Shown here: positions 47,251 to 57,013 of the stretch, piece after piece | How positions within the stretch are numbered: the first letter of the stretch is position 1 | How the letters are laid out: each line of letters begins with the position of its first letter | Origin: Chlamydiales bacterium | GTDB taxonomy: Bacteria > Chlamydiota > Chlamydiia > Chlamydiales > CALTSX01 | DNA length: 64,000 nucleotides | Assembly (NCBI GenBank): GCA_051647685.1 | Contig: JBOFEG010000001.1 | Coordinates: 5,961 to 69,960 of the forward strand | Reading direction: 5' to 3' | Program-made: the position numbers and the translations under genes | Notes under the pieces: generated by a model | Seen by the model: only the letters and a program-made list of their open reading frames with translations | What the model was told of the DNA's origin: nothing | Databases searched by the model: none

Positions 47251-48225
47251 CTACGCTTTCTCAGCAGCTTTTAATTGATCAAGAATCTGGTTAATGTGGT
47301 TTGCAGATTGGAGCGTCTGGTTTCTTGCTTCTTCGCTTTGTCTTGCAGAACTTTCAATCTGTTCTCCTACTGATTTTGTAACTTGTGCTTTGCTGTCGTA
47401 ATCTCCTTTAGCGACATGGGGTATACCACTGGATGTTTGCCCAACACCCTGCATAGCACTATTACTTAACTGTCCACGCTGTGTAGCTTTGTTCAATTCA
47501 GCGTTATGCTCTCCAGAAAGAGTTTCCATTTTCTTGTTTAAAGTCTTTTTTTCAGACCTTAGGGATCCATCTAGTTTTTTCACAGCGGGAGAACTACGTT
47601 GAATTAATTGTATATTAGGTTCGTCTACTTCGCTCCACGCTTTATCAAACTTTGTTTTATCTAAATTTTCGACTGTCTTTTTCAACTCTTGCTTTGATAC
47701 AACTTTTGGCATGTCGGCACTGTGCTTTACTTGGATTTGTTCATTTTTGGCTCTTAATTTCATAGGATCGAAATTTTCATCAGAACCACTAACTTTTTGC
47801 TTTCCATTTTCAACTTCCAATTTCATTTCACTGCTTTTTAATTTCTGTATATTATTTTCTACTACAGAAAGTTTTTTGCTTACACCCTTCATCTCTGTTT
47901 GAGTCTGTTTCAATGCTTTACTTCCAATTGCAGTAAATCCGACTGCGAAACCAGCTCCGACTAACGAACCTACTCCAGCTAGAATCATAGAAGTCGCTTG
48001 CATAATACTCGCATCCCTAACGTTTTCCCCCGATTTAAAAACCATATCTAGGCTGGTGTTTTTTTGCTGTGTAACTGTTTCGCTATACATCTTCATTACT
48101 TTGAGCAATAAATTTTGCAGAGTATAAAGAGCCATGGATAACAGAAGAGTACTTCCTCCGCTAAATTCGGGTTTAGTTTGATTAGCCATTACGGTAGGAC
48201 TGTGCATTGAAAGAGCAATTTTCAT
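47251..48225 (-). CDS. Hypothetical coiled-coil protein with one Gly-rich hydrophobic hairpin
   Basis: 324-aa ORF. Hydrophobic stretch ATSMILAGVGSLVGAGFAVGFTAIGS (~26 aa) near residue 80, with the rest K/E/Q/S-rich coiled coil. Its stop abuts the stop of the convergent CaaX gene with no spacer. Confidence 0.5.
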   Translation of the reverse strand: MKIALSMHSPTVMANQTKPEFSGGSTLLLSMALYTLQNLLLKVMKMYSETVTQQKNTSLDMVFKSGENVRDASIMQATSMILAGVGSLVGAGFAVGFTAIGSKALKQTQTEMKGVSKKLSVVENNIQKLKSSEMKLEVENGKQKVSGSDENFDPMKLRAKNEQIQVKHSADMPKVVSKQELKKTVENLDKTKFDKAWSEVDEPNIQLIQRSSPAVKKLDGSLRSEKKTLNKKMETLSGEHNAELNKATQRGQLSNSAMQGVGQTSSGIPHVAKGDYDSKAQVTKSVGEQIESSARQSEEARNQTLQSANHINQILDQLKAAEKA

Positions 48226-48383
48226 TTAATTTCCTTGTTGTGTTTTGTAAAATCTATTTAATTCTTAACTTAATTATAGCATATTTTTGAGAAAAAATCT
48301 ATTTTACTTAAACGATATTATTAACTAGCGATAATTATCACTTATAGAGCCTAACAACAATTATGAGGTTTGTTTATCTAATC

Positions 48384-49469
48384 TTACAGAGAGCGATAAG
48401 CATTTACTATATTTTGCTTAATATCATCGTCTTTTGGATCTTCAGCAAATACAAAATGATAGGTTTTTCTTCGAATAGTTGATTTTTTCATATTCTCCTG
48501 GAGCCTCAAAAAAATGAAAGGATAGGGATTTTTGAAGTATTGAGATGGTACTTCAATTCCACATTCAAAGAGAGTTTTGCTCTCAGGTGGGGGGTTAATT
48601 CTCGTATCAAAAAAGAACATAGGACGATTAAAAAAAAGAAAATCATATCCTACAGAAGAGAGATCACCGAGATAAATGTCTATGTATTCTAGCAGCGGAT
48701 AGATTAAAGGATTATCAGTGATAAACTGTAGATTTTTTTTATTTTTATACTTTTCATAAATGTGCGTTACATAACCTAAATTGTGTGTAATTAAAAGAGG
48801 ATGAATTTTTATAATCAGATAATCATTTGGTAATATATTTTCGATTAAAAACTTACAAATTGTAAAAAAAGATGTTGAATTTTCGGTATCTTGCCAAGAG
48901 GGTGCATACAGAAACGTATATCGTGTTGTTATAGGGATGGTTACAATCTTTTTCATTATACCAGTAAAGAAAGTTTCATATTTTTTATAAAAACGTTTTC
49001 GAATATTTCCGATAGTGATAAGCGCCTGTAATTGCGAAGATAATCCCAGTTTTTCGATTCGTTGTCGCATTTGGTCGCCATAAACCAAAGATAAATTATG
49101 AAAGGTAATCGGATTCATTTGAAAATCGATAAATCCTTTATCTGAATTCCCATGTGGGGAATAAAAAAAATGAATGTTTTTATCAAATAATAACTTGCAT
49201 GTAGATTGTAAAAACCGTGATTGATACTGTTCTGATACAAAAAAAAGATCAAAGTTAGAAATATAGGACAAACATTCTAGACTAGTTGTAAGAATAAGTT
49301 TGACAGGGGGATAGTATTGTTTAGCAAGGTTATAAACTTGTGCGCTATCTAGTATAAGAGGCATATCGAATAGATCACATAATGGGATTAAGTGATCTAT
49401 TCGATAATCCATAACATCTTCTAGTTGGAGAGCAGCCATCCGTGGCTCATAGTGATTATAAGTACACAT
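48384..49469 (-). CDS. CDP-glycerol glycerophosphotransferase (TagB/TagF) family protein
   Basis: 361 aa. HGNSDKG, FLYAPSWQD, IIKIHPLL and IYLGDLSSVGYDFLFFNRPMFFFD resemble the TagF-type motifs (YAPTxR, HP, DYSSxxxDFxxxxxPxxFF) as I recall them. Confidence 0.55.
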   Translation of the reverse strand: MCTYNHYEPRMAALQLEDVMDYRIDHLIPLCDLFDMPLILDSAQVYNLAKQYYPPVKLILTTSLECLSYISNFDLFFVSEQYQSRFLQSTCKLLFDKNIHFFYSPHGNSDKGFIDFQMNPITFHNLSLVYGDQMRQRIEKLGLSSQLQALITIGNIRKRFYKKYETFFTGIMKKIVTIPITTRYTFLYAPSWQDTENSTSFFTICKFLIENILPNDYLIIKIHPLLITHNLGYVTHIYEKYKNKKNLQFITDNPLIYPLLEYIDIYLGDLSSVGYDFLFFNRPMFFFDTRINPPPESKTLFECGIEVPSQYFKNPYPFIFLRLQENMKKSTIRRKTYHFVFAEDPKDDDIKQNIVNAYRSL

Positions 49470-49480
49470 AAATCGAAAAT

Positions 49481-50536
49481 ATGGATAATCAGGAATTAAT
49501 AAAATTAAAAAATTGGTTTTTACAAATAAAAAGAGTTCTGCCGTGGAGAGAGAATATTAATCCATATAAAGTATGGATTTCTGAAATCATGCTGCAACAA
49601 ACTAGAGTATCTACTGTTATCTCTTATTTTGTGAGATGGATGGAAATGTTTCCCAATATAGAAATACTTGCCAGATCTCCTCTTGAAAAGATAATCAAAC
49701 TTTGGGAGGGACTAGGATATTATTCAAGAGCACGTTCTATTTATAAGACAGCACAAATTCTCACTTTGAAATATAAAGGTGTGTTTCCAAGAACTATTCA
49801 AGAACTAGAAAAGCTACCGGGAATTGGATGCTATACTAGTAGAGCGTTGATGTGCTTTGCATTTAATATCCCTGTGGCTCCGGTAGATGGAAATGTTAGT
49901 CGAGTATTATCTAGATTTTATTCCATACCACTCGATATTACAACTGCAGCGGGAAAAAAAGAGATACAAGGTTTAGCAGATCGATTAATAGTTGATGATG
50001 ACAAGCCTCATATTGTAGGAGAAGCATTAATTGAACTCGGTGCACTAGTGTGCCAAAAAATACCTATATGTAATAAATGTCCTATACAATCTGGCTGTAA
50101 TTCTTTAAGGCAAAATACAGTTTTCGATTTCCCTGTTAAAAAATTGAAAATACCTATTACTTCATTGGATCGGACGGTTTTTATCATCACCCATGAGGAA
50201 TCGATATTGGTACGAAAAGAAACAAGCAATAAGATCATGGCTGATTTATGGCAGTTTCCTTATATAGAAGGAATCGTAGAGAATGGGGAAGTAACAGAGA
50301 TTGTTCAAAAACAATTTGATATGCATGTTATTTCGACATGCGCATTTGACCAAGAAATGCAATCGTTTACAAGATATCGCGTCTCTCTGTATCCAATACG
50401 ATGCACAGTAAAGAAAAAATGTCGTGTATCATTATATACTTGGGTTTTATTAAAGAATGTTCGGAAGCTTAGTTTTTGTTCTGGTCATCGAAGAGTTCTT
50501 GAGAAAATATTCTTTAATGAATTGGATAAAAATTGA
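49481..50536 (+). CDS. mutY: A/G-specific adenine DNA glycosylase
   Basis: 351 aa. WISEIMLQQTRV, GLGYYSRAR, LPGIGCYTS (HhH-GPD), the 4Fe-4S cluster loop CQKIPICNKCPIQSGC, and a C-terminal NUDIX-like domain. Confidence 0.9.
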   Translation: MDNQELIKLKNWFLQIKRVLPWRENINPYKVWISEIMLQQTRVSTVISYFVRWMEMFPNIEILARSPLEKIIKLWEGLGYYSRARSIYKTAQILTLKYKGVFPRTIQELEKLPGIGCYTSRALMCFAFNIPVAPVDGNVSRVLSRFYSIPLDITTAAGKKEIQGLADRLIVDDDKPHIVGEALIELGALVCQKIPICNKCPIQSGCNSLRQNTVFDFPVKKLKIPITSLDRTVFIITHEESILVRKETSNKIMADLWQFPYIEGIVENGEVTEIVQKQFDMHVISTCAFDQEMQSFTRYRVSLYPIRCTVKKKCRVSLYTWVLLKNVRKLSFCSGHRRVLEKIFFNELDKN

Positions 50537-50585
50537 GAAAAATATCAATTTTTTGCATAGTGTGCTTGGGTCATAGGAGGCTATT

Positions 50586-51242
50586 TTGATTATATCAACA
50601 ATACATAAAATCATTTATTTTTTTTTATCCTATAGAAAACATATTGGATATGTAATAGCAAGTGCCTGTCTCCTTTCGATAATTTATGTAAAGTATTACC
50701 AAAAAAAAGAATATAGCCCATACCATATGGCACATAGTTGTTATACAAAATGGATACAAAATAGAGAAGAATCGTCAATCCAACAATTACTTCCTCTTCT
50801 TAAAAAGTACCCCGAACTTGCTAAGAAATATGATGCAATGATTGCACAAACCTTGCTTTCCCAATATACAGCATTCGAAGCTGATCCTGTTCTACAGCGT
50901 TTAATTGTAAGAAATCAATCTGCGCTGCCAAATTACTATCAGTTGTCTTATGTTGCGCAGTGTATGCTTCGAAAAGATTTTTCTACAGCATTAGAGGTAT
51001 CGCTTCAATTAAAGGAACAAGCAAAGCCTGATAGCTACTTATATGGACTAAATTTGATTCACATTGCTGGAATTTATAAAGCTATGGGAGCGACGCAAGA
51101 AGAGAGAGATGCTTGGCTTTCTGTTTATAAATTTTTACAAGATGCAGATAATGATCCAAGGGGTGTCAAAAAAGAAATCAATAAATTATATAGCCAAGGA
51201 AATATTTCTTTTTGTGATTATTTGTCTACTCATTACCTTTAA
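50586..51242 (+). CDS. Hypothetical membrane-anchored protein
   Basis: 218-aa ORF with a TTG start 5 nt after GGAGG (50576-50580). One N-terminal TM (IGYVIASACLLSIIYV), then a helical repeat-like body. Confidence 0.5.
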   Translation: MIISTIHKIIYFFLSYRKHIGYVIASACLLSIIYVKYYQKKEYSPYHMAHSCYTKWIQNREESSIQQLLPLLKKYPELAKKYDAMIAQTLLSQYTAFEADPVLQRLIVRNQSALPNYYQLSYVAQCMLRKDFSTALEVSLQLKEQAKPDSYLYGLNLIHIAGIYKAMGATQEERDAWLSVYKFLQDADNDPRGVKKEINKLYSQGNISFCDYLSTHYL

Positions 51243-51252
51243 TCTAAATGAT

Positions 51253-51624
51253 CTAAGATATACTAGATTTAGAAACACAAGCCTTACCACCTAGCAAGCC
51301 AAGAAATCCAAATATAATGGGTGGTAGAAAGATAGCGATTACCCAGCCAACTCCAGCAAGCACAAGTTGTGTTACTCTCTCTTGCTTAAAAACAAACTCT
51401 AATATTGAACTAAATAAACTACCCACTTTTTTGGGAAACCAAGTTCCAAATACTCCACCTATAGCAATAGCAAAGATACTCCAAGCTGTACCAAAGAATA
51501 AGAATGTAAAAATTGCAGAAAGAATGAAGGCAATAGAATAAAAGACTTCTAGCCGATTTTTTTTAGCAAAATTTTCTAATTCTTGTACACTGACGCCCGA
51601 TTTCCTTCCAGTCTCTTTTCCCAT
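51253..51624 (-). CDS. Hypothetical small integral membrane protein
   Basis: 123 aa with three or four predicted TM segments (FYSIAFILSAIFTFLFFGTAWSIFAIAIGGVFG; LVLAGVGWVIAIFLPPIIFGFLGLLGG). Confidence 0.5.
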   Translation of the reverse strand: MGKETGRKSGVSVQELENFAKKNRLEVFYSIAFILSAIFTFLFFGTAWSIFAIAIGGVFGTWFPKKVGSLFSSILEFVFKQERVTQLVLAGVGWVIAIFLPPIIFGFLGLLGGKACVSKSSIS

Positions 51625-51785
51625 AATCTCTCCTTTTATACCAAGCCTTAATTCTTAAGTTATTTAGATATAAATTTTTTTGCAAATACTAAATGGTTTT
51701 CTATTAAAAAGATTTCTTTGAAGTCTAATTTAGTATCTAGGACCCCCCATGGTCAAATGCTTGATTAAATACTTTATACCTTATT

Positions 51786-53093
51786 ATGATGCACATCATA
51801 TTTATAACGCTGATAAGAAGGGATAATTTTTTGATTCGCCGGGAAATTCCATTAACAGTAGCTTATAAAGCAATACGATATTGTGGATATTTTCTCTGTG
51901 TAGTTTTTACTTATTTCTGTATTTTTATGCTATCTCGAAGACAGTTAAATCAAATAAGTCTTTGTGAGATACCTTCTTATACCAAGGATATTTATATAGA
52001 ATGGGGAACTTCGCCAACTTTTTTCTCTGCACATAAACCGAATTATCCCATTCCTTTTAGTGAATTAGAAAAAGAAATTTTGTTCTTGGGAACAACGATA
52101 AAACCAGAGCAAAAAATATTGCTTAGTACTAAGCAATCTGGCGTTAGGAAACTTATTGCTTCTGGGGAAAAAATTTATCTTATCTATAGAGAAGAAAAAC
52201 TACATTTTTCTGAAATAAAAACTCCTCTTGCTATTTCTGTAACACTTCAAAATGATGCTTTGGTAGAAATAATCATATCATTTGATGCCGAGTTGTCTAC
52301 TATATGCAATTTGGATAATACATATCGTTTCTTGAAGTCGAAAGAAAATCAATACACTATATCGAATAGTGATTCTCTTATTGATACGCCTATGTTCCAA
52401 AGTCTACAAAAGGCAAAATGGTGGGGCATGGATTATTTATTGATAAGTAATCCAAGGAATGAGACTGCACACGAGCGTGGTAAACAGAGGTTACAATTTA
52501 CCTATGATGAATATGGAGAAATTGTACATCTAGATCTCGATGAATCTTTAGTTTGGAAAAAAAATGGTTGGCGATCTGCTACAATTAATGACGAGAGTAT
52601 CGATCCTGATTACGCTATTCGTATCAAAGAAATACATAGTGATAAATTAGAATTGACTTTATGGGATAGGAAAGGATTGCCTGTTCATACTTTTTTTCTT
52701 CCACTATACACTACATGCAATGAACTTCCGTCCATTGAAATTTTATCTAATATAAAAAAAAGAACTCGAACAGTTGCCTCTTTTTTACTTGGGAAAACTC
52801 GAGTTACTATGAAAAAAGGAGATCTCGCTATAGATACTCCATATGGTTGGAAAATTACAAACACGCAAGACGAAAAAAACGGTATATTTTCTCATCAAAT
52901 TATCGGATCATTATTTGCTTTTGATGGGATGGAGACGCAAGGATCTAATATATATTTTATAGGTAGAATGCTTGATCCTATGAGGACTTGTTATCAACCG
53001 ATTAAAATTCCAATTCTTCAAAATAAGAGAAAAGAAAGAAAAAACCAAAATATACTTCCAGAAGTTCAGTTATTGTCGATAGGTGATGAATAA
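51786..53093 (+). CDS. Hypothetical bitopic membrane protein at the GspC position of the T2SS operon
   Basis: 435 aa. A single N-terminal TM (YCGYFLCVVFTYFCIFMLS), then a large extracytoplasmic part. It ends 46 nt before the gspD signal-peptide start. The assignment rests on position and topology only. Confidence 0.45.
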   Translation: MMHIIFITLIRRDNFLIRREIPLTVAYKAIRYCGYFLCVVFTYFCIFMLSRRQLNQISLCEIPSYTKDIYIEWGTSPTFFSAHKPNYPIPFSELEKEILFLGTTIKPEQKILLSTKQSGVRKLIASGEKIYLIYREEKLHFSEIKTPLAISVTLQNDALVEIIISFDAELSTICNLDNTYRFLKSKENQYTISNSDSLIDTPMFQSLQKAKWWGMDYLLISNPRNETAHERGKQRLQFTYDEYGEIVHLDLDESLVWKKNGWRSATINDESIDPDYAIRIKEIHSDKLELTLWDRKGLPVHTFFLPLYTTCNELPSIEILSNIKKRTRTVASFLLGKTRVTMKKGDLAIDTPYGWKITNTQDEKNGIFSHQIIGSLFAFDGMETQGSNIYFIGRMLDPMRTCYQPIKIPILQNKRKERKNQNILPEVQLLSIGDE

Positions 53094-53139
53094 AAAATTC
53101 ACAACAGATAGAATAATTTTTTGTAAAACAGTGTATTGT

Positions 53140-55470
53140 ATGAAGAGAAAAAATCTATATTATATCCCACCATTTCTATGGACTGTTTTTCTCATTGGTT
53201 CGATAGGATTTGCTCAAGAGGAATTATACCCAATAGTAGAGACGAGTCAGAATGCGGAAGCGCAGCAGAATGTGTTGATTTCTTATAATCAACGCTTGCA
53301 ACAACTTCGAAACTCTTTAAAAGATACGTATGCTGAGGTTATGCAACTGGAAAGTCAAAATAAATTGGATGGGCAATCTAGCCAAATTCTCTCTGCTGTA
53401 AATCAAATTCGATCCGATATTCAGAAACTCCAAGAACAATGGAAACAAGTCGTTTCTCAAAAGTATAACTCAGAGGAGGAACCTTATGGTTTGTGGGACC
53501 AAGAAGAAACAACTCTTTCAGAATTGGTAATGGAATATGGATCTACAGAATATTTATATGTAATTCCCCCTCAAATTGCTGCCATGAAAATGCATCTGCA
53601 CTCCTTACTACCGATACCACAAGCCTCTTGGAGCGAACTACTAGAGGTAATTTTATTACAGAATGGAATTGGTATTAAGAATATTAATCCATTAGTGCGC
53701 CAACTCTATTTTTTTAAACAAGATATTCTTGCAGTGGATTCTATTTGTAATAGACGAGAATCGATTGCATTGTTACCCCCACACTCTCGAGTTGCCTTCG
53801 TTTTGTCACCACGTGTAGAACAAATGAAAGTGATCAGTTATTTTTTTGAACGGTTTCGCGATCCTAAACTTACGTTTATCCACCAAGTAGGAACAAAAAT
53901 TGTATTGATTTCTACAAAGTCAGAGTTAATCAAATTACTCTCGTTATATGAATCTGTATGGGAAAAGGAACACGAAAAAACTACTCGTGTACTTCCATTG
54001 AAAAAAATATCTTCTCTAGAAATGGAAAAGATATTGAAAGCTTTTTTCTGCGATGATCCATCACAAAATAGACTTGCTAGTTTAAAAGGTTCTGAATCGC
54101 TGCAAATTTTTGGTGTAAAAGATGAAAATATTATCGTACTTGTGGGGTCAAAACCACTAGTAGAAAAAGGTGAAGAAGTCATTACTGCGACAGAAGAGCA
54201 AATTCAAGATCCTAAAGAAATGACAGTATTTTGGTATATTTGTAAACACAGTACCCCAATAGAACTATCAGAAGCATTAGAAAAAGTTTATAATTCTCTT
54301 CTTCATATTTCGCTCGATTGCGATGATAGTAAAGAACACAAAAAGGATAATATAGAAACAAAACCTTGCAATTATGACCCTCAGCCCCCTTCTCTTCCTA
54401 TAAATACACCGCTTATTACACCTGGAACTATTTGTTCCCAAATAAAAAAATCAAACACTACTAATTTTATTCCCTATCCCACATCTGGCGCCATTTTAAT
54501 GGTAATACGGAAAGACACCTTGCCAAAAATTAAAGAATTATTGCGCAAAATGGATATCCCTAAACGTATGGTTGAAATTGAACTACTATTATTCGAGAAA
54601 AAAATTCATCAACAGGATAGTTTTGGATTAAACGTTCTTAGACTTGGATCTTCTGCGGAATACAATAATAAAATGGGTGGTACATTTAATGATCTTGAGG
54701 CAGCAGGAAGAGGAATCTTTCAATTCTTTATCAAAAAAACCCCTAATAAAAAATTGCCAGCCTTTGATATTTTTTATAATTTTTTAATGTCACAAGAAGG
54801 AATGCAAGTAAATGCCTCTCCCTCTGTTACTACTATTAACCAGGTTCCTGCAACTATTTCTGTAGTAGAGGAAATGTCTATTAATAATGGGGCCGCTCCA
54901 CTGGATACGAATAGCGGTATTGCTTTTGAAAAATCTTTTTCTAGGGCGCAATTTGGTATTACTATTGTAATTACTCCAACGATTCATGAACCTGATACGA
55001 TTGATAATGAAATGCAACATTTTGTTACTTTAGATACAGATGTTATGTTCGATACACCTCACCACGGAGATAATATGGACAGGCCTCGAGTGAATCGACG
55101 TAAAATTAAAAATACGGTACGCGTTTCGAATGGCGAAACAATAATTTTAGGAGGACTCCGACGTAAATGTATGGACGATCGAACGGAGAGAATACCCTTT
55201 TTAGGAGCTATTCCAGGATTTGGTAAATTATTTGGATTTACTCAATTGCGAGATGAGTTAACAGAAATGTTTATCTTTATTACCCCAAAAATTATTTTCG
55301 ATCCTAAAGAAAATATGACTCGTATTCGAGATGCACAACTCCGGTCTAGAGCCGGCGATTTGCCAGAATTCTTAGCACGCATCGAACAGGGCAAATCCTA
55401 TCAAAGAAAAGGAATGTTTGAAAGAAGTTGGAAGTTATTATTTGGTAGTGCAGATGCATGCAGCAATTGA
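53140..55470 (+). CDS. gspD: Type II secretion system secretin GspD
   Basis: C-terminal secretin domain (VRVSNGETIILGGLRR...RIPFLGAIPGFGKLFG...ELTEMFIFITPKII). The ORF opens at 53083, but the ATG at 53140 gives MKRKNLYYIPPFLWTVFLIGSIGFAQ, a proper signal peptide. Confidence 0.9.
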   Translation: MKRKNLYYIPPFLWTVFLIGSIGFAQEELYPIVETSQNAEAQQNVLISYNQRLQQLRNSLKDTYAEVMQLESQNKLDGQSSQILSAVNQIRSDIQKLQEQWKQVVSQKYNSEEEPYGLWDQEETTLSELVMEYGSTEYLYVIPPQIAAMKMHLHSLLPIPQASWSELLEVILLQNGIGIKNINPLVRQLYFFKQDILAVDSICNRRESIALLPPHSRVAFVLSPRVEQMKVISYFFERFRDPKLTFIHQVGTKIVLISTKSELIKLLSLYESVWEKEHEKTTRVLPLKKISSLEMEKILKAFFCDDPSQNRLASLKGSESLQIFGVKDENIIVLVGSKPLVEKGEEVITATEEQIQDPKEMTVFWYICKHSTPIELSEALEKVYNSLLHISLDCDDSKEHKKDNIETKPCNYDPQPPSLPINTPLITPGTICSQIKKSNTTNFIPYPTSGAILMVIRKDTLPKIKELLRKMDIPKRMVEIELLLFEKKIHQQDSFGLNVLRLGSSAEYNNKMGGTFNDLEAAGRGIFQFFIKKTPNKKLPAFDIFYNFLMSQEGMQVNASPSVTTINQVPATISVVEEMSINNGAAPLDTNSGIAFEKSFSRAQFGITIVITPTIHEPDTIDNEMQHFVTLDTDVMFDTPHHGDNMDRPRVNRRKIKNTVRVSNGETIILGGLRRKCMDDRTERIPFLGAIPGFGKLFGFTQLRDELTEMFIFITPKIIFDPKENMTRIRDAQLRSRAGDLPEFLARIEQGKSYQRKGMFERSWKLLFGSADACSN

Positions 55471-57004
55471 TAAACGACAGCTCGCCGAGCGATTTGGCAT
55501 TCCAATCATTGAAGATATCTTGAACTATCCCTTTATAAAAGATCGAACACATATCCTTCCTTATTCTTTTGTTAAATTGCGGATGGTACTACCACTCGAA
55601 AAAGTAGATGGGATTTTACATATTGCTATATCTGATCCTATAGATCTAGAGACCATACAGGAAATTTCTTTTATGCTTGGCCTATCTGTGAAGGAGTTTT
55701 TTGTAGAACCATTTCAATTGCAAAAAGCGATTGAACACTGTTATCGACAAAGAGATTCTGAGACAAGTGAATATCTAGAAGAATTATCTAGTGATGATCG
55801 ATTCAATGATCAAATGGAATACGATTTGCTGGATACAAGCAATCTCTCTCCAATCATTCGATTATTAAATATGATCCTTATGGAGGCTATCCAACAACGA
55901 GCGTCCGATATACATTTTGAACCGAGAGAAGAGGGATTAATTGTACGGTATCGCATAGATGGAGTTTTGCAAAAGAGGCATACGCCATCGAGAGAATATC
56001 AAAAACAATTACTCGCTCGTTTAAAAGTAATGGCGAAACTCGATATAGCTGAACAACGACTTCCGCAAGATGGAAGAATTAAATTGCGTTTTGGAGATCA
56101 GGAAATTGACTTTCGGGTAAGTACTATTCCCGTTATAAATGGTGAAAGAATTGTCCTCAGAATTTTAGATAAATCAAATGTAATAGTCGGGCTTCATCAT
56201 ATAGGAATGAGTTCTCCACTACTCGATTCTTTTCGCAAGGTAATTAAACATACGCAAGGCATTATTTTAGTAACTGGGCCGACTGGAAGTGGTAAAACCA
56301 CTACTTTGTATAGTACAATTTCAGAAATAAATAGCGAAGATTTCAATATAATAACCATTGAAGACCCAGTTGAATATAAGTTATCAGGAATAGCGCAAAT
56401 TAGCATTAACCCTAAAATTTCTTTTACTTTTGCAAAGGGTTTGCGTCATATTCTTCGACAAGATCCAGATATTATTATGATTGGCGAAATTCGCGATAAA
56501 GAAACCGCTGATATTGCGATTCAAGCTTCATTAACGGGCCATTTAGTATTATCCACACTACATACAAACAATGCCGCTTCTGCTTTAACTCGGCTGGTGG
56601 ATATGGGGATTGAACCATATCTTCTGTCATCCTCTGTAATTGGTATTGTTGCGCAGCGACTCGTCAGGAAAATTTGTATACATTGTCGCAAAGAATATTT
56701 TCCATCTAAAGAGGAGTGTTTAGAGCTTGGATGCCATTTCAAGGAAGATATGGTATTCTATAAAGGAGATGGCTGTGCAAATTGTTTTTATCTAGGATAT
56801 CACGGCCGAATTGGAATCTATGAATTTCTTTTAATTACTAATTCTATCCAACAACAATTGACAAAAAATGCAGATGCTACTGCGCTGCAAAAGCTCGCTG
56901 AAAAGCAGGGGATGGAATCGCTACGTGGATCAGGTATTGAATTAGTAGTGCGGGGCCTTACTTCCGTTGCAGAAGTATTGCGAGTTACTAGAACTTTTGA
57001 ATAA
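55454..57004 (+). CDS. gspE: Type II secretion system ATPase GspE
   Basis: Walker A VTGPTGSGKTTTLY, Asp box, Walker B IMIGEIRD, His box LTGHLVLSTLHTN, and the tetracysteine motif CxxC...CxxC (CIHCRK...CANCF). Start taken at MHAAIDKRQL, 17 nt before the gspD stop. The ORF opens at 55418. Confidence 0.92.
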   Translation: MHAAIDKRQLAERFGIPIIEDILNYPFIKDRTHILPYSFVKLRMVLPLEKVDGILHIAISDPIDLETIQEISFMLGLSVKEFFVEPFQLQKAIEHCYRQRDSETSEYLEELSSDDRFNDQMEYDLLDTSNLSPIIRLLNMILMEAIQQRASDIHFEPREEGLIVRYRIDGVLQKRHTPSREYQKQLLARLKVMAKLDIAEQRLPQDGRIKLRFGDQEIDFRVSTIPVINGERIVLRILDKSNVIVGLHHIGMSSPLLDSFRKVIKHTQGIILVTGPTGSGKTTTLYSTISEINSEDFNIITIEDPVEYKLSGIAQISINPKISFTFAKGLRHILRQDPDIIMIGEIRDKETADIAIQASLTGHLVLSTLHTNNAASALTRLVDMGIEPYLLSSSVIGIVAQRLVRKICIHCRKEYFPSKEECLELGCHFKEDMVFYKGDGCANCFYLGYHGRIGIYEFLLITNSIQQQLTKNADATALQKLAEKQGMESLRGSGIELVVRGLTSVAEVLRVTRTFE

Positions 57005-57013
57005 GAAAATCGT

